Assembly: GCF_018977255.1 (NCBI RefSeq) | Contig: NW_024704742.1 | Location: 134,294,001-134,358,000 of the forward strand | Origin: Callorhinchus milii | Lineage: Eukaryota | Length of the DNA: 64,000 nucleotides | Direction: 5' to 3' | Shown here: positions 61,690 to 64,000 of the stretch, one piece after another | Layout: every line of letters starts with the position of its first letter | Numbering within the stretch: position 1 is the stretch's first letter | The notes under the pieces: model-generated | Told to the model about the DNA's origin: nothing | Databases searched by the model: none | Seen by the model: only the letters and a program-made list of their open reading frames with translations | Translations under genes and position numbers: made by a program

Positions 61690-64000
61690 TCGTAAAAGCT
61701 GTTATCGAATCGGCTTCCACCACCCTTTCAGGCAATGCATTCCAGATCCAAACAACTCACTGTGTGAACAGTTTCTCCACACCTCCCCTGTTTCTTTTAA
61801 CAACTATTTTAAATCGGTGTCCTCGGGTTACCGACCCACCCGCCAGTGGAAATAGTTTCTCCTTGTTCACCCTATCGATTCTCCTCATAATTGCGAACAT
61901 TTCTATTGAGTCTCCTCTTGATCTTCTCTGCTCCAAGGAGAATAATCCTGGCTTCTCTAGCTTCTCATCCGCAGACATGGGGTACACTTCCACATGTGTG
62001 AAGATGACACCCAACTCTATTTTTCCACCTCACTTTGCGACCCTCCAGTCCCCTGATGTTCTGTCTGGATGAGCGCAAATTTCCTTCAGCTGAACGTTGA
62101 CAAGACGGAAGCCATACTCTTTGACTCTCGTCAACGTCTAAAGTCTCACGGCTCTCACCTCCTCCACCTACCTGCTCCCCCCTAAAACTCTCCAAACCCA
62201 TAGGCAACCTAGGCATCAGGTTCGACCCCCAATTATCCTTCCTCCCCACATCTGGTCCCTCACCAGCACCTCTTTCTTCCACCTCCGACACATCTCCCAT
62301 CTCCACCAATAACTCTCCCCAAAAGCCGCTGAAACCCTGGTTTCACACCTCCATGCCTTTGTCACCTCTCGGCTGGACTACTCAAATGCCCTCCTCACCG
62401 GTCTCCCATCCACCACCATCCATAAAATCCAAATCATTCAAAACTCTGCGTCCGCATTCTCACCCGCACAAAACTCCGCTCCCCGATCATCCCAGTCCTT
62501 GCCAGACTGCACTGGCTGCCTATCCCAGAGAGGATCGACTTCAAGCTCCTCACCTTAGTATTCAAGTCGCTGCACTCCTCTGCACCCCCCTACCTCTCTG
62601 ACCTCCTCTCTCCTCAAAACAGTACCCGTTGTCTTCGTTCCTCTGGGTCTGGCCTCCTCCTCGTCCCCCGAGTCCTCCACTCCACCCTCGGCGGCCGTAC
62701 CTTCAGCCACTATGCCCCGAGACTCTGGTACTGCCTTCCGCACTCCCTTTACCTCACCCCCTCCCTTCCTATTTTCAGGTCTCTGCTGAAGACCTTACTT
62801 TTCGACCGCGCCTTTGCTCACCTTCCTCCCCCTCTCCCTGACTCGGTCCCGGGATTCGTTACTGTGAAGCGCTCTGAGATGCCGTCCGGCGTGGAGGGCG
62901 CTATATAAATCCAAATTGTTGTTCTCTCCTGATAACTGAAGTCCCTCATTCCTGGTACCATCCTGGTAAATCTCCATTGCACCCTCTCCAATGCCTTGCC
63001 ATCCTTCCTAAAGTGTGGTGCCCAGAACTGACCACAGTCTCTCGCTGAGGCCTAACCAGTTTTTATAAAGGTTCATCATAACTTTCTGACTTTTGTATTC
63101 TATGCCCCTATTTATAAAGCCTAATTTCCGTATGCGTTTTTTTAACAGCTTTATCTACCTGTCCGGCCACCTTCAAAGATTTACTTATATGAACCGTTCA
63201 GGTCTCTCTGTTCCTTCACCCACTTTAAGACTGTACCATCAGCTTATATTGCCTCTCCTCATTCTTCCTCTAAAAATGCATCACTTCGCATTTCTCCACA
63301 TTAAACTTCATCTGCCACGTGTCTGCCCATTTTACCAGTCTGTCTACGTCCATTTACAGTCTGCTACTATCCTCCTCACTGGTTACTACTTTTCCCAGCT
63401 TAGTATCATCTGCAATCTTAGAAATTGTACTCCCTATACCCAAGTCCAGGTCATTTATATAGATAAAAGGAACAGCAATGGTCCCAATACTGAGCCCTGG
63501 GGGACACCACTACACACTTCCCTCCAGTCAGAAAAATAACCGTTCACCACCACTCTCTATTTTCTGTCTCCCAGCCAGTTCTGTATCCATGCCACCACTG
63601 TTGCTTTAATACTGTGGGCTTTTATTTTGCTTTCAAGTCTCTTATGTGATACTTTGTCAAACGTCTTTTGAAAATCCATATAAACTACAACAACTGCACT
63701 TCCTTCATCCACCTTCCCTGTTACTTCATCAAAATCTCTATCAGGTTTGTTAGACATGATTTGCCTTTAACAAATCCGTGTTGGCTGGCCTTCATTAACA
63801 AATATTTTTCTTGAAAAATGAAAATTTATTTTGTCCCTGATTATAGTCTCTAGAAGTTTCTCCACTACTGACATTAGGCTGACTGGTCTGTTGTTCCCGG
63901 GTTTATCCTTCTGCCCTTTTTTATACATGGGAGTAAAATTCGCAACCCTCCAGTCCTCTGGCACCACCCCGGTGTCCAATGAGGATTGAAAGATTGTGGC
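61690..64000 (-). mobile_element. CR1-type LINE, split by an L2 insertion and running off the window end
   Basis: VPEDWRVANFTPMYKKGQKDKPGNNRPVSL, VYMDFQKTFDKVSHKRL and LFSLEQRRSRGD..TRGHRFK motifs. Confidence 0.92.
61966..62923 (+). mobile_element. L2-type LINE 3' portion inserted within the CR1
   Basis: Matches the L2 at 26870-27870 (catccgcagacatg.., ctgaacgttgacaagac.., ctggactactcaaatgcc) and ends in a ttgttgtt tail. Confidence 0.88.

Noticed and set aside
1..64000. CRISPR array or prokaryotic defence system
   Set aside because: The sequence is spliced eukaryotic DNA, and its recurring short motifs are SINE/LINE parts with no repeat-spacer periodicity.

Overview
Repeat-rich vertebrate genomic DNA. 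The SINE/L2/CR1/Penelope landscape suggests a cartilaginous fish, possibly a holocephalan (inference). It holds the conserved block MALT1 (minus, first exons only) <- -> ALPK2 (plus, complete coding model of ~4,040 aa) -> <- miR-122 (minus, both mature arms). The ALPK2 model is unusual in three ways. It has a ~9.6 kb exon carrying seven tandem ~305-aa repeats plus a second repeat family. No exons for the second Ig domain lie before the alpha-kinase domain. The N-terminal Ig domain looks more like ALPK3 than mammalian ALPK2. Two apparent 1-bp deletions in short homopolymers break the reading frame and are probably assembly errors. Non-coding signals include a ZNF143-type promoter for MALT1, a liver-type promoter and spliced host transcript for miR-122, an intronic MEF2/TEAD cluster, and degenerate hammerhead-like motifs in Penelope-type remnants. 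Comparisons to human sequences are from memory, not from a database search.
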